Of a DNA stretch of 64,000 bases, positions 18,115 through 29,338 are shown piece after piece (positions within the stretch are counted from its first letter, which is position 1; each line of letters begins with the position of its first letter). The DNA is taken from the NCBI GenBank assembly GCA_024650005.2, contig CP122380.1, forward strand, positions 585,814 through 649,813, read 5' to 3'. The position numbers were made by a program, and so were the translations under genes. The notes under the pieces were generated by a model that ran no database searches, had not been told where the DNA came from, and worked only from the letters and a program-made list of their open reading frames with translations. This DNA is from Candidatus Bathyarchaeum tardum. GTDB lineage: Archaea; Thermoproteota; Bathyarchaeia; Bathyarchaeales; Bathyarchaeaceae.

Positions 18115-19599
18115 TTATGGAACTGGAAGAATCCAAACTACAGCTAAAACAGTTAGCAATGCTGGAATAGCTGCTAAAATACCTGTTTTAATAAGTCTGC
18201 TTCTTGGAATAAGTCCTGTTGAATAAATTAGGGCTGTGGAGGGTACCCCTACAGGTGTTATGAATGCTATTGTTGCAGATAGGGCTACCGCCATAACGAA
18301 AGGCACTGGTGACATTTCTAAAATATTTGCTGTTTCTATTGCAATCGGTATTAAAATGGCTGCTGTTGCACTGTTTGAAATAAAATTTGTTAAGAGAAGT
18401 GAAATTGTGCTTAAGACAATTATTATTACTATTGTTGGGGTTGAACCATGCATAGATGCTATGGCACTACTTATTCCACTAGCTGCACCTGATATAATCA
18501 TAGCTTCGCCAAGTAGAATTCCCCCTCCGACTAGAAATATTAGTTCCCATTGGATTGATTGTAAATCTTTAATGTCAAGTAGGTTAAAACCGAACATGAT
18601 TAGTACTGCGATTACAGAAACTATTGCTACATTTGATACTGAAGTGGGCAATCCGAGCCAGACTTCAAACTGACTGCCCATGAACCAAAATATTATTGTT
18701 CCCAAAAAAATCAGAAGAACCCTTTTTTGTGTGTTGTTTAATTTTTCAATTTGTTTCTTTTGTTCAATTATTGCATCCAGTTTAAGGGTTACTTTTGGAG
18801 AGGGATACAACTTTTTTAGTAACAAAAATGCTAGAGCTAATACCAGTAAAGACACGGGTAAACCATAATATGCCCATTCAATGAACCCAAAGGAAAGTGT
18901 TTCACCTAGTAAAGCTCCTGCTATCATTGCAGGAGTGCTCCCTGTAAGCATTGCTGTACCCCCTATTGATGTGCTTATGGACACTCCTAAGAGCATCTTG
19001 CGTTTAAGGTTAACAAGTTCTTCAGGCATTGCTGTTAATATTGAAAGTATAACGGGTAAAATTACCGCTATGGCTACCGTGTTTGACATCCACATGCTTA
19101 AGAATGCAGTGCTGGCCATGACTAGCAAAATTAGTCTATCTATTTTTCCTTTGGAGTAAGTCAATAGATTGTATCCAATCCATTTGTCTAATCCATGTTT
19201 TTTGATTGATTGGCCTAAAACAAGACCTCCAATCATGAGAAATATAATTGAGTTGGAAAAAGGCGCAAATGCTTCTTTGGGGTTAAATACGCCTAACAGA
19301 GTTAGCATTGCGGGTATCATCAGTCCAGTTATGGGTAAGGGAAATACTTCTAACATCCAACAGCCTGCTGCGAAAACAAATGTTGTCAAGGTTTTGCGCA
19401 CGATTTCTGGTTGATTGAATGTTATCAAGTAAACTAGAACGGCAATAATTAATACAAAAAACAGGTTTTTCTTTGAGTATACTATTTTGTAAAGTTTCGT
19501 TGGCGCTTTATAAGCAATCCATTCTATTGGTTTGCAAAAGTAACAGTCTTTGTTCTCGTCCGATTTGTTGTTTTGGTTGTTTTTTTCGAGGTCTTTCAT
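18115..19599 (-). CDS. SLC13/DASS-type (ArsB/NhaD superfamily) anion permease
   Basis: 494 aa with ~12 TM segments, and repeated SNTA/SNSA hairpin motifs (WMSNTVAIAVILP, NFISNSATAAILIP). Confidence 0.7.
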   Translation of the reverse strand: MKDLEKNNQNNKSDENKDCYFCKPIEWIAYKAPTKLYKIVYSKKNLFFVLIIAVLVYLITFNQPEIVRKTLTTFVFAAGCWMLEVFPLPITGLMIPAMLTLLGVFNPKEAFAPFSNSIIFLMIGGLVLGQSIKKHGLDKWIGYNLLTYSKGKIDRLILLVMASTAFLSMWMSNTVAIAVILPVILSILTAMPEELVNLKRKMLLGVSISTSIGGTAMLTGSTPAMIAGALLGETLSFGFIEWAYYGLPVSLLVLALAFLLLKKLYPSPKVTLKLDAIIEQKKQIEKLNNTQKRVLLIFLGTIIFWFMGSQFEVWLGLPTSVSNVAIVSVIAVLIMFGFNLLDIKDLQSIQWELIFLVGGGILLGEAMIISGAASGISSAIASMHGSTPTIVIIIVLSTISLLLTNFISNSATAAILIPIAIETANILEMSPVPFVMAVALSATIAFITPVGVPSTALIYSTGLIPRSRLIKTGILAAIPALLTVLAVVWILPVP

Positions 19600-19923
19600 T
19601 CCTCAATCTCCGTGAGAAGTAGATTATATATCATAAACGATTGAATTTAATGTTTTAACTTTTTTCTATATGCTGTTTATGATGTGGTTGAATTATGAAC
19701 ATATACTTTAAACATTGAACGAAGTGAAAAATACACCATCAAATATGGCAAAACTGGTTTTAGTTTTTGTTTTTTATGTTTAGTGTTTGAATTAATGTTT
19801 AATAGGTGTCATTTTTTTAGATAGTATCTGCTGGGTGTAAAAAATTTTATGCGTTCTACTTCTAAAACAGTTTGTTTAAGTGTTGTTGTTATAATAATAT
19901 GTGGTTGTACAGGGAAATAAGAA

Positions 19924-20895
19924 ATGCTGGAATTGTTGGACCTATTAGGCAATCTCGTAATTCTTTTTGTTGCTTTGGTTTTAATGTATAAAGCTAGTGA
20001 CGTAACTATTCATCATTCTGTTAAAGTTGCTGAAGTTACTGGTTTAGGAAAAACTACTGTTGGTTTTGTTCTTATTGCGTTATCAACTTCGTTGCCTGAA
20101 TTGTTTGTAGTTGTTTTTTCAGTGTTTGAACCCGCGAATATAGGTGTGTCTATTGGTAACATTTTAGGCTCTAATGTTACAAATATTTGTTTAACGTTAG
20201 GGGTTTGTTTTTTCTTGATAGCCTTGAAATATCCTGAACTAGAACATTTCATTCCCAGCATGGCGAAAAAAGAAATGGGAAACTTGTACTTTGGGCTTTT
20301 TATTGCATCGATTATTCCTTTGTCTTTATTGTTTGTTGGTTCTGCAAGCTTTTTAATAGGCATTATCCTGTTGGGGGTATTCTTCTACAATATGTATCAA
20401 TTATCTAAAATAAAAAATGTGAAAGAAGAACCAGGACTTGTTGAAAAACAAAATCTTAGAAAATATGTTGTTTTAACAATTGTCGGTGCATTGGGCGTTG
20501 TAGTTAGCTCGTATTTTATTGTAGAAGCTTCTTCTTACATTGCAAGGGGGATTGGTATTCCAACAGTGATTATTGGTGCTACCATTGTTGCCTTAGGAAC
20601 AAGTTTACCTGAACTGGTAACCGGTATCGACTCTGTAAGAAAAGGTCATGCTGAGTTAGTGTTAGGTAACGTAATTGGAAGTTGTTTTATGAACATTACT
20701 TTAATTTTAGGGCTAGCGTTAATTTTTGCGCCCTTTAGGGTTGAAATGGGAGCATTTTCTGATTTAATTGTGTTATCGTTAATTACTAACCTTATATTGT
20801 GGTATTTCCTATCAAACGAAAAAGTTGGAAAACAAGAAGGAACCGTTTTGCTCTTTTTGTATTCAGTGTTCCTTGTAACAAGTTTTCTTGCATAG
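19924..20895 (+). CDS. CaCA-family Na+/Ca2+ exchanger (YrbG-like)
   Basis: Two alpha-repeats: ALSTSLPELFV and ALGTSLPELVT. Confidence 0.8.
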   Translation: MLELLDLLGNLVILFVALVLMYKASDVTIHHSVKVAEVTGLGKTTVGFVLIALSTSLPELFVVVFSVFEPANIGVSIGNILGSNVTNICLTLGVCFFLIALKYPELEHFIPSMAKKEMGNLYFGLFIASIIPLSLLFVGSASFLIGIILLGVFFYNMYQLSKIKNVKEEPGLVEKQNLRKYVVLTIVGALGVVVSSYFIVEASSYIARGIGIPTVIIGATIVALGTSLPELVTGIDSVRKGHAELVLGNVIGSCFMNITLILGLALIFAPFRVEMGAFSDLIVLSLITNLILWYFLSNEKVGKQEGTVLLFLYSVFLVTSFLA

Positions 20896-21262
20896 TTCCA
20901 AAGTTTAGATTTGATGTTGAATTCTAATCTTTAACCTAAGCAGTTTCTTTTTGTTCATTAGCGTTCAATTTTTGATGCTTCGATCAAAAAAGCTGTTAAT
21001 TTAATTATTGGCCATTGTTTATCCTGTTTTAGTTATGTGATTATTTTTTCTTTATCTCTTGAAAACGATGAGTAATGATGTTTTTTAGTTATATTTACTA
21101 AAAATTTTGGGTTATTTTTTAATAGCTTTCGAAGACTGAATTTTTTATATTATTATCAAGAAAACCAGAAAATACAGCATCAATAACATTTTCTAAGCCC
21201 CTTCACGCCTGCGCATTTGTAATTTTAATGTTTAAATTATGCCCTGAACATAATTATTACAA

Positions 21263-22432
21263 GTGTTTTCTATGGTTAAGATTGTGAAAGATGTTTTTTC
21301 GAAAGGTTTCGTAGAAGTTAATGAAAACGATACGCTTTCTTCTTGTTTGTCACTTTTCAAAGAAGAGATGCCACCTGTTTTAGCGGTCTTAGACAGCAAA
21401 GGCAATTACAAAGGGGTGATTTCTCGCAGATGGATAACCCGGTCTAGTTTTGATTCTTCGGGAACCAAAGTTAAGACTTTGATGCGATCAGCGCCTACTG
21501 TTACTTTACATGATTCTCTTAGCAAGGTCGCTAAGTTGATGATTGAAAGCGAGATTAGGCAACTTCCAGTCTATAGTGGCGATGATCTCTTGGGATTTGT
21601 TACCGATGAGGATGTTATCCATGGAACTGTAATGGAACAATGGGGTAAAACCCGTGTTGAAGAGATAATGACTAAACATCCGTTTGTCATTGAAGACGAC
21701 GAATCAGTAGGAGCAATACTAAGCCTTTTTAAAAGAGAAGGAATCTCGCACGTGCCAATAGTCAGAGATGGAAAACTTGTTGGAATTGTTAGTGTTATAG
21801 ATATTATTAGCAATGTTTTCCAACCAAAAAAGAGACAAATGGTTGGGGAAATAGTAGGCGAAAAAGTTCCTGTTCTTAATATGCCTGCGAAAGGAATAAT
21901 GGTGAAGCCTGTGATCACTGTTTTGCCTGAAACCAACTTGCGCGAAGCTGAGGATCTAATGCACAAATTCGAGATTTCCTGTTTGGTGGTCGTTGGCAAA
22001 GGAAGACCCGTTGGCATATTGACTAAACGGGATTTTCTTGAACCTTTGGCTCAACTGGAAAAGCCGGTGCGAAGGCTTATGGTGCAGTTTTCAGTTAAAG
22101 ATGTGGACATTGATGACATTCAACGCGGGTTTATTATGGGCGATTTTGAATCTTTTGCTAGTCGATATGGAGAAACATTAGAATCTGGTACGCTTTTCGT
22201 TTACATGAAGACTCATGGTACAAATTTCAAGGGCGATCCGTTAATTCATTGTCGGTTGCAATTTAGAACAAGAAAAGGCTCGTTTTTCAGCTCAAGTGAA
22301 GGTTGGGGTGTAGAGCAGACGTTCAGGTTAGCTTTGGATAGGCTTGAGGGTCAAATTGTTAAAAGCACAGAATTAGCACATGACCGTGAATTTGCAAAAG
22401 ACTATTTTAAGAGACGATTTCCTTTGACGTAA
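21263..22432 (+). CDS. Protein with four CBS domains and a C-terminal HPF/RaiA-like (ribosome hibernation factor fold) domain
   Basis: Four CBS-like repeats (for example ISHVPIVRDGKLVGIVS and ISCLVVVGKGRPVGILT). The C-terminal ~100 aa show a b-a-b-b-b-a pattern, MVQFSVKDVDI...LFVYMKTH...IHCRLQFRTRKGSFFSSSEGWGVEQTFRLALDRLEGQIVK. Confidence 0.6.
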   Translation: MFSMVKIVKDVFSKGFVEVNENDTLSSCLSLFKEEMPPVLAVLDSKGNYKGVISRRWITRSSFDSSGTKVKTLMRSAPTVTLHDSLSKVAKLMIESEIRQLPVYSGDDLLGFVTDEDVIHGTVMEQWGKTRVEEIMTKHPFVIEDDESVGAILSLFKREGISHVPIVRDGKLVGIVSVIDIISNVFQPKKRQMVGEIVGEKVPVLNMPAKGIMVKPVITVLPETNLREAEDLMHKFEISCLVVVGKGRPVGILTKRDFLEPLAQLEKPVRRLMVQFSVKDVDIDDIQRGFIMGDFESFASRYGETLESGTLFVYMKTHGTNFKGDPLIHCRLQFRTRKGSFFSSSEGWGVEQTFRLALDRLEGQIVKSTELAHDREFAKDYFKRRFPLT

Positions 22433-23474
22433 CAGGGTATTAGTCAGTCAAACTGACAAAAACGGATAATGTCTTGCCGCCATTATGTGGACCTGCCCCC
22501 GAATCTGTTCGTGGGGTTTGGATCTTTTCAGTATAACTGCAAATCGTAGCTTTTAGTTAACAATTTCATATTATCGCCTTTACATGAACTGTGCTGTTTG
22601 TGGTGATGATCCAATTGTTAACGTTTAACTTATCAGAAGCGAAGATGCTGGCAGGCTGAACACATGAAATGGCTTAGTAGACCCAATAATCAACCAGAAC
22701 GTCTCAAGTTGGTCGAAAGTCTACCTGAAAAACCGGAAAATAAGAATTACATCAAATGCTTTATTATTAATATTTTAGCTCCTTACAAATGGAATTAGTT
22801 GCCTTTCAAGATACCAAGTTAGGATACTGAAAAATTAGCGAAGACGTTTGTTCAAATATGCAACGGTTAAATCCTGCTACAAAACTAAAGCAATTTGCAG
22901 AATATTACCTTGTCTAGAGCATGGAATTGTGTTGTATTAACAAAGGAGTGTTAAGAGCAGTTTACTATGTTAGATTCTTGATTTCTTTGATGTTTTTTAT
23001 GCCTGTTCGGTTTATCTTTCTTTTACCTACACAACTTGTTCGCTGAATATCTTCCCTTTCAATTCAAAACATTTCTAAGTGTAAATTGCTAAAAATTCAG
23101 TATTTCCTATTGTGTAATACTTTCATAAACAATCTTGCTGAAACATTATATGCTCCTAAACAGGTAACCCCACAAAAGTCATTAAATTATTATCCTACTT
23201 TGAAGAGTTATGCACAGTTGATTGAAAAGTCAACCCTTTTTATATGTCCTAAAAGGAGTTGGCGTATTCAAATCACGTAAGGCAAGCAAAAAATGATTGA
23301 AACCTTGGTTGCTTCGGTTGTTCTCTAAAAAACACTATTGGTCAGTTGAATATGGTAAAAAACTTTATAAAACATGTTAAATTAACCCCTATGAACAGTG
23401 ACAAATAACATATTTATTTGTAATTCTGTATTTACAAGATAAAACTAAAAGAGTTACAACTTTTTCTTAGTTTT

Positions 23475-24659
23475 TTGATTTGGAAATGGTTCGCTATGGA
23501 GTATTATTTAATCTTCCTGTTATGGATTGCAGCCGCATTCTTCTTTCCTAGGCTACTGAGAAGAATTCACATACCTTGGGTTACTGCGGTAATCCTCGCA
23601 GGAATAGTTATGGGACCATACGTGTTGGGGTTAATTAACCCAAATGTGTTAATGGAGTTCCTTGCAACTCTAGGACTTATTTTGCTCATGTTTTCAGCTG
23701 GAGCTGACACAAAAATGTCAGTTCTAAAAAGTGCAGGAAAAGACGTGATATATTTTACTTTGTTAAACATGGGAATACCGATGATTGTGGGTTTCTCAGT
23801 AGGATTTTTTTTAGGGCTGGAACTATTGTCAGCAGCAGTTTTAAGCGCCTGTTTTGGTTCATCGTCTGTTGCAGTAATAATACCAACTTTGAAAGAATTA
23901 AAAACCGATGCTAGAATCGGTTCTTTAATGACGTCTTCGATATTTCTTGCAGATGTTAGCAGCTTAATTTTTCTAGCCGTTCTTTTGAAACCACTTGTTG
24001 ACATGTCTCCTGTTCCATTGGAAATTTTTCCTTTTGCACTGTTAGCTTTTTTGGTTATTACATTATATTTTATGCCGAAACTTCAAAATCGTCTTATGTC
24101 TTGGTGTTCTGACTCTGATCAATTTTCAAGCCAAATCAGAACTGTTTTCATAACTGTAGCTATTGTAGCAATACTCGCAGAGTTCATAGGCATACATGCA
24201 ATGGTAGGCGGCTTTTTGGCGGGTTTGTCTCTCTCGAAAATGTTGGAAACACGAAAACATCTTCAAGAAAATCTTGTAACAATAAGTTATGGTTTTCTCA
24301 TTCCTATTTTCTTGCTTTATGTAGGCATGACAACAAACATTACAACTCTGTTTAATCCGGGAGACGCAATTCTAACTCTTTTAATTATTACTGCTTTAAT
24401 CACAAGCAAAACAGTTAGCGGCTTTATAGGCGGTCACCTTTTAGGCTTTTCAAAAAGAACCAGCGTAGGAATGGGATTAATGACTACTGCACAACTTTCA
24501 ACAACCCTAGCTACGGCAACAGTTGCTACTCAATATGGAATTTTCTCTGATGACCTACTCACAGCTATAGTCGTATTATCAATAGTGACAATAATAATCT
24601 CACCAATATTAACAAAGGCTATATTAAAACAAAAAACTAATGAAGATGTGTTAGCGTGA
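23475..24659 (+). CDS. CPA2-family cation:proton antiporter (no KTN domain)
   Basis: ~12 TM segments and motif ATLGLILLMFSAGADT. The start may be the ATG at 23496. Confidence 0.75.
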   Translation: MIWKWFAMEYYLIFLLWIAAAFFFPRLLRRIHIPWVTAVILAGIVMGPYVLGLINPNVLMEFLATLGLILLMFSAGADTKMSVLKSAGKDVIYFTLLNMGIPMIVGFSVGFFLGLELLSAAVLSACFGSSSVAVIIPTLKELKTDARIGSLMTSSIFLADVSSLIFLAVLLKPLVDMSPVPLEIFPFALLAFLVITLYFMPKLQNRLMSWCSDSDQFSSQIRTVFITVAIVAILAEFIGIHAMVGGFLAGLSLSKMLETRKHLQENLVTISYGFLIPIFLLYVGMTTNITTLFNPGDAILTLLIITALITSKTVSGFIGGHLLGFSKRTSVGMGLMTTAQLSTTLATATVATQYGIFSDDLLTAIVVLSIVTIIISPILTKAILKQKTNEDVLA

Positions 24660-24818
24660 CATTTCCCCCTAGCAATTCAAGTTTTACCCATTAATTATGA
24701 TTTGCGCTCCATATGTAGATAGCTTTAGAAAATCGATAATAATTGGTTAAACTATTATGTATACACAGAAGTAAAACTGTGTACGTATGATTCGCTGAAA
24801 AAAAGAGGCTATAATTAC

Positions 24819-27554
24819 TTGTCTGAAAAGGATAACATTTGGTATACACTAAAAGTAGATGATGTATTCAAAGCACTTAAGACAAGCGAAAAAGGATTGA
24901 CCTCTGCGGAAGCTGAAAGAAGACTGAAGGAGTATGGATTAAATGAGTTGGAAAAAGAAAAAGGAATTACAAAGTTAGCCTTACTTTTTCATCAACTCAA
25001 GAATCCCCTGGTTGCTGTGCTCTTTGCTGCTGCATTACTTTCATTTCTTGTCGGAAAGATGATTGACACCTTTGTTGTTGCTGTTGTTATCGTTTTTAAC
25101 ACAACTATAGGCTTTTTCCAAGAATACAAAGCAGAAGTTGCTCTTCAAGCATTGAAGTCAATGGCAGCCCCTGAAGCAGAATTAATACGGGATTGTCCTG
25201 AAAGAGGCACTTGTCTTGAAATGAGAGTCAAGGCAAATAAGATAGTACCTGGAGACATCATACTTTTAGCTGCAGGAGATAAAGTTCCTGCTGATGCTCG
25301 CATTTTTGAAGTTGCAAACCTTGAAATAGATGAATCAATGTTGACTGGCGAATCAACAACTGTGAGAAAAACAGTTGAAGCTCTAAATCAAGATATGCCT
25401 GTGGCTGATCGAACAAATATGGCATTCTCTGGTACAATAGTCACAAAGGGAAGAGGAAAAGCAGTTATCACGGCTACGGGAATGAAAACCGAAATTGGAA
25501 AAATAGCTAAACTGATAAAAGAAACCAAAAAAGCAGACACTCCGCTTCAAAAACGAATTGCTGATCTTAGCAAAAAACTTGGGCTCTTCGCCCTTTTATC
25601 TAGCGGTTTAGTCTTGGTAATTAGTCTGCTTCGTGGATTTGAATTCTATGAAGTGTTTCTTTTCGCTTTGGCGACTGCGGTTTCAGCAATCCCGGAAGGA
25701 CTGCCTGCGGTAATGACTATTACATTGGCAGTTGGCGTGAACCGAATGGCGAAACGTAATGCCATCATTAGAAAACTGCAAGCAGTTGACACTCTAGGAT
25801 CAGCAACGGCAATTTGCACTGACAAAACTGGTACACTTACAACCAATCAAATGACGGTAAAAAGACTATTCGTGAACAACAGGGATGTCAATGTTACTGG
25901 TGTTGGTTACGCTCCAGAGGGGAGTTTTGAGGTAGACGGTAATGCAATAGACGTGACTAAGAACGAAGAGCTGCGTTTGTTGCTTCAAATAGGTGCTCTA
26001 TGTAACGATGCTCGACTTAGGCAACATGAAGTCAAAGATGGATACAGTTGGGAAATTTACGGCGATCCTACCGAAGGATCGTTAGTTGTTGCAGCAGAAA
26101 AAGCAAAACTCGAAAAACATGAGTTAGAAGAAAAGTTTTCACGCGTAGATGAGATTCCTTTTGACGCAAAAGAGAGATACATGGCTACATTCCATAAAAA
26201 TTCTGCAAAACTTTTGCAGGTCTACATGAAAGGTGCACCTGAAACCGTCTTGGAGTTTTGCTCAGAAATTCTAGAAGACGGACAGACAAAGCCGCTCACA
26301 CAAACAAAAAAAGAAGAGATTTTGAAAGTTAGCACTCATATGGCTAGCGAGGCAATGAGGGTTCTCGCTTTTGCTTACCAAAAAATAGATGAAGAAAAGC
26401 TAAATGATTTCAAAGAAAAAGTACGCCGTAAAAACGCATCCCTAGTTTTTGTTGGGTTTGCGGGAATGATTGATCCACCTAGACCCGAAGCAAAAACTGC
26501 TGTTCAGCTTTGTCAAAGAGCTGGAATAAAAGTAATCATGGCAACAGGTGACCACAAGCTAACCGCGAAGGCAATTGCAAAAGAAATCGGGATTCTTATA
26601 CCCAACTCAAAAGTCTTCACGGGACTTAATCTGGATAGCATGAATGACGATGAATTAGACAGTGTTATCGACGAAACATCCGTTTTTGCTCGGGTATCTC
26701 CAACTCACAAGTTCAGGGTTGTTGAATCTCTTAAACGCAAAGGACACGTAGTGGCTATGACCGGTGACGGCGTTAACGATGCACCTGCTTTGAAAGTGGC
26801 TGACATTGGCGTTTCAATGGGAATCACGGGGACTGATGTAACCAAAGAAACGGCTGACATGGTTTTGGCTGATGACAATTTTGCTAGCATTGTGAATGCA
26901 GTTGAAGAAGGCAGGGTAGTCTTTGAGAATGTGCGAAAAGTCGTAAAATTTTTGGTAGCTACCAACACAGGTGAAATCCTTACGATTTTAGCTGCTTTGA
27001 TTCTTTTGCCTAATGCACCCCTTATTTTTACTCCCGTTCAGATATTGTGGATTAATCTTGTAACTGACGGGTTACTTGACGTAACGTTAGCAATGGAGCC
27101 AAAAGAAGAAGATGTCATGGATCAACATCCTAGAAAATCCACTGCTAAAATTATTAACCGTGAAATCTTAGTCAACACTGTCTATGTGGGCATATTCATG
27201 ATGATTGGAACCCTATGGATTTTCGCTAACGAATGGAGTTACGGGAACATTATTAGAGCTCAGACAATGGGCTTTACCACAATGGCAATGTTTCAAGTGT
27301 TTAGCTCACTGAACTGCAGGTCACGCAACAAATCAGTTTTCAGTTTAGGGTTCTTTACAAACAAATATCTATTTCTCGCTATCATTGCATCTGTTTCTTT
27401 GCAAGTGTTAGCGACTGTTTTGCCTCCGTTACAAGTCGCATTGGGTACCATTTCACTCTCGGTTTTGGACTGGCTGTTAATAGTACTCGTATCAAGTTCA
27501 GTTTTTGTTGCCGACGAAATAAGAAAATTCGTTAAGGGCAAAATGAAAAAGTAA
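24819..27554 (+). CDS. P-type (P2, Ca2+-type) cation-transporting ATPase
   Basis: Motifs TGES, ICTDKTGTLTTN, MATGDH and MTGDGVNDAPALK. Confidence 0.9.
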   Translation: MSEKDNIWYTLKVDDVFKALKTSEKGLTSAEAERRLKEYGLNELEKEKGITKLALLFHQLKNPLVAVLFAAALLSFLVGKMIDTFVVAVVIVFNTTIGFFQEYKAEVALQALKSMAAPEAELIRDCPERGTCLEMRVKANKIVPGDIILLAAGDKVPADARIFEVANLEIDESMLTGESTTVRKTVEALNQDMPVADRTNMAFSGTIVTKGRGKAVITATGMKTEIGKIAKLIKETKKADTPLQKRIADLSKKLGLFALLSSGLVLVISLLRGFEFYEVFLFALATAVSAIPEGLPAVMTITLAVGVNRMAKRNAIIRKLQAVDTLGSATAICTDKTGTLTTNQMTVKRLFVNNRDVNVTGVGYAPEGSFEVDGNAIDVTKNEELRLLLQIGALCNDARLRQHEVKDGYSWEIYGDPTEGSLVVAAEKAKLEKHELEEKFSRVDEIPFDAKERYMATFHKNSAKLLQVYMKGAPETVLEFCSEILEDGQTKPLTQTKKEEILKVSTHMASEAMRVLAFAYQKIDEEKLNDFKEKVRRKNASLVFVGFAGMIDPPRPEAKTAVQLCQRAGIKVIMATGDHKLTAKAIAKEIGILIPNSKVFTGLNLDSMNDDELDSVIDETSVFARVSPTHKFRVVESLKRKGHVVAMTGDGVNDAPALKVADIGVSMGITGTDVTKETADMVLADDNFASIVNAVEEGRVVFENVRKVVKFLVATNTGEILTILAALILLPNAPLIFTPVQILWINLVTDGLLDVTLAMEPKEEDVMDQHPRKSTAKIINREILVNTVYVGIFMMIGTLWIFANEWSYGNIIRAQTMGFTTMAMFQVFSSLNCRSRNKSVFSLGFFTNKYLFLAIIASVSLQVLATVLPPLQVALGTISLSVLDWLLIVLVSSSVFVADEIRKFVKGKMKK

Positions 27555-27661
27555 CTATCGAACATTAAAATATAGAATTAGAGTCGTCGTGATACAATAT
27601 AAGAGGATTAAATAATGAGAAAAACCATGCGTGTTTGCCCTAAAAAAGAGTGTGAAAAGTA

Positions 27662-29338
27662 ATGACTCAAAAGGAGATTTTTTCTATTAGACAAAAAATT
27701 GCCTATTTCTCTATGGAGGTTGCGCTTTCAAATGGTATTCACACTTACAGCGGTGGTCTGGGCGTTTTAGCCGGTGACACAATCAGGTCGAGCGCAGACT
27801 TGAGGCTTCCATTCGTAGGAGTTAGCTTAATCAGCAAAAAAGGATATTTTAGACAGGAATTGGCAGCTAATGGAAGCCAAACAGAGCATGAAGACCCATG
27901 GAATCTTTCAAACTTTATGCAGTTACTTCCAGTGAAGGTTAAAGTGCCAATTGAATCAAGAGATGTGCATGTTAGAGCATGGCTCTACAATGTAGTTAGC
28001 CAAACTGGAGGAGTTGTTCCTGTTTACTTTTTAGATACAGATGTAGAAGAGAATACTGCAGAAGATAGAGAAATTACCTCTTTTTTGTATGGCGGAGACA
28101 ATAAGTATCGGTTGAAGCAGGAGATTGTCTTGGGAATTGGCGGTGTGAGGATGCTCAAAGAATTGGGCATTGATGTTCGTAAATATCACATGAATGAAGG
28201 GCATTCCAGTTTTCTTGCTTTTGAACTGTTGAAAAAATTTGAAAGGAACATTGAAAAAGTTAGAAATAGTTGCATATTCACGACCCACACTCCTGTTGAG
28301 GCTGGTCACGACAAATTTTCTTATGATCTCGTTCAGGAAGTGCTCGGCGAAGATGCCCCTTTGGATTTACTGAAAAATTTGGGGGGACATGACCGACTGA
28401 ACATGACTCGCCTCGCCCTTAATCTGAGTGACTACATTAACGGAGTAGCTAAGAAACACCAAGAATCCTCAAGAGAAATGTTTCCAGGATACGAAATTCA
28501 CGCTATCACCAATGGAATTCATTCATACACTTGGACTTGTGAGAGTTTTAGAAGATTGTATGATAAGTATCTTCCAGGTTGGGCAAATGATCCTAATTTA
28601 CTTGTAAGAGTAGATGTTATTCCAAGGGAAGAAGTTTGGCAAGCTCATAGAGAAGCAAAAAAGTTGCTGATCGATTACGTTAATACGTCGACGAACATAG
28701 GCATGGACTATGATACTTTAACCCTAGGGTTTGCACGACGAGCAACTGAATACAAAAGAGCAAATTTGCTGTTTTCTGATTTGGAAAAGTTGAAGAAGAT
28801 AAGTAGAAAAGGGAAGATTCAGATCATTTTGGCGGGGAAAGCTCATCCCAGAGATTATTCGGGCAAGAAACTAATTGAACAGTTATTTAGTTATGCTAAA
28901 CAACTAAAAGATGATATCAAAATTGTCTATTTGGAAAATTATGATTTAGACGTTGCATCCATGTTGGTTACTGGTGTTGATGTTTGGTTAAACACGCCTT
29001 TGCCGCCTCAAGAAGCATCAGGGACTAGTGGAATGAAGGCAGCCCATAACGGAGTGATAAACTTTAGTGTCTTGGACGGATGGTGGATTGAAGGTTGGAT
29101 AGAAGATATAACCGGTTGGGCTATAGGTCCGCATCCTGATGAGCAAGTATCGTTTGAGGAACGTAACATTAGAGAATTAGATGACCTATACAGCAAACTG
29201 GAATACATTATCATGCCCCTATTCTACAATAAAAGGGATAAATGGATAAGAACTATGAAAAATTCCATTGGAAAAATTGCTTACTATTTTAACAGTCACA
29301 GAATGATGCGAAGATATGTAACTGAAGCTTACCTTTAA
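27662..29338 (+). CDS. glgP: Alpha-glucan (glycogen/maltodextrin) phosphorylase, short archaeal type
   Basis: Motifs GGLGVLAGDTIRS and the PLP-Lys motif EASGTSGMKAAHNG. Confidence 0.85.
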   Translation: MTQKEIFSIRQKIAYFSMEVALSNGIHTYSGGLGVLAGDTIRSSADLRLPFVGVSLISKKGYFRQELAANGSQTEHEDPWNLSNFMQLLPVKVKVPIESRDVHVRAWLYNVVSQTGGVVPVYFLDTDVEENTAEDREITSFLYGGDNKYRLKQEIVLGIGGVRMLKELGIDVRKYHMNEGHSSFLAFELLKKFERNIEKVRNSCIFTTHTPVEAGHDKFSYDLVQEVLGEDAPLDLLKNLGGHDRLNMTRLALNLSDYINGVAKKHQESSREMFPGYEIHAITNGIHSYTWTCESFRRLYDKYLPGWANDPNLLVRVDVIPREEVWQAHREAKKLLIDYVNTSTNIGMDYDTLTLGFARRATEYKRANLLFSDLEKLKKISRKGKIQIILAGKAHPRDYSGKKLIEQLFSYAKQLKDDIKIVYLENYDLDVASMLVTGVDVWLNTPLPPQEASGTSGMKAAHNGVINFSVLDGWWIEGWIEDITGWAIGPHPDEQVSFEERNIRELDDLYSKLEYIIMPLFYNKRDKWIRTMKNSIGKIAYYFNSHRMMRRYVTEAYL

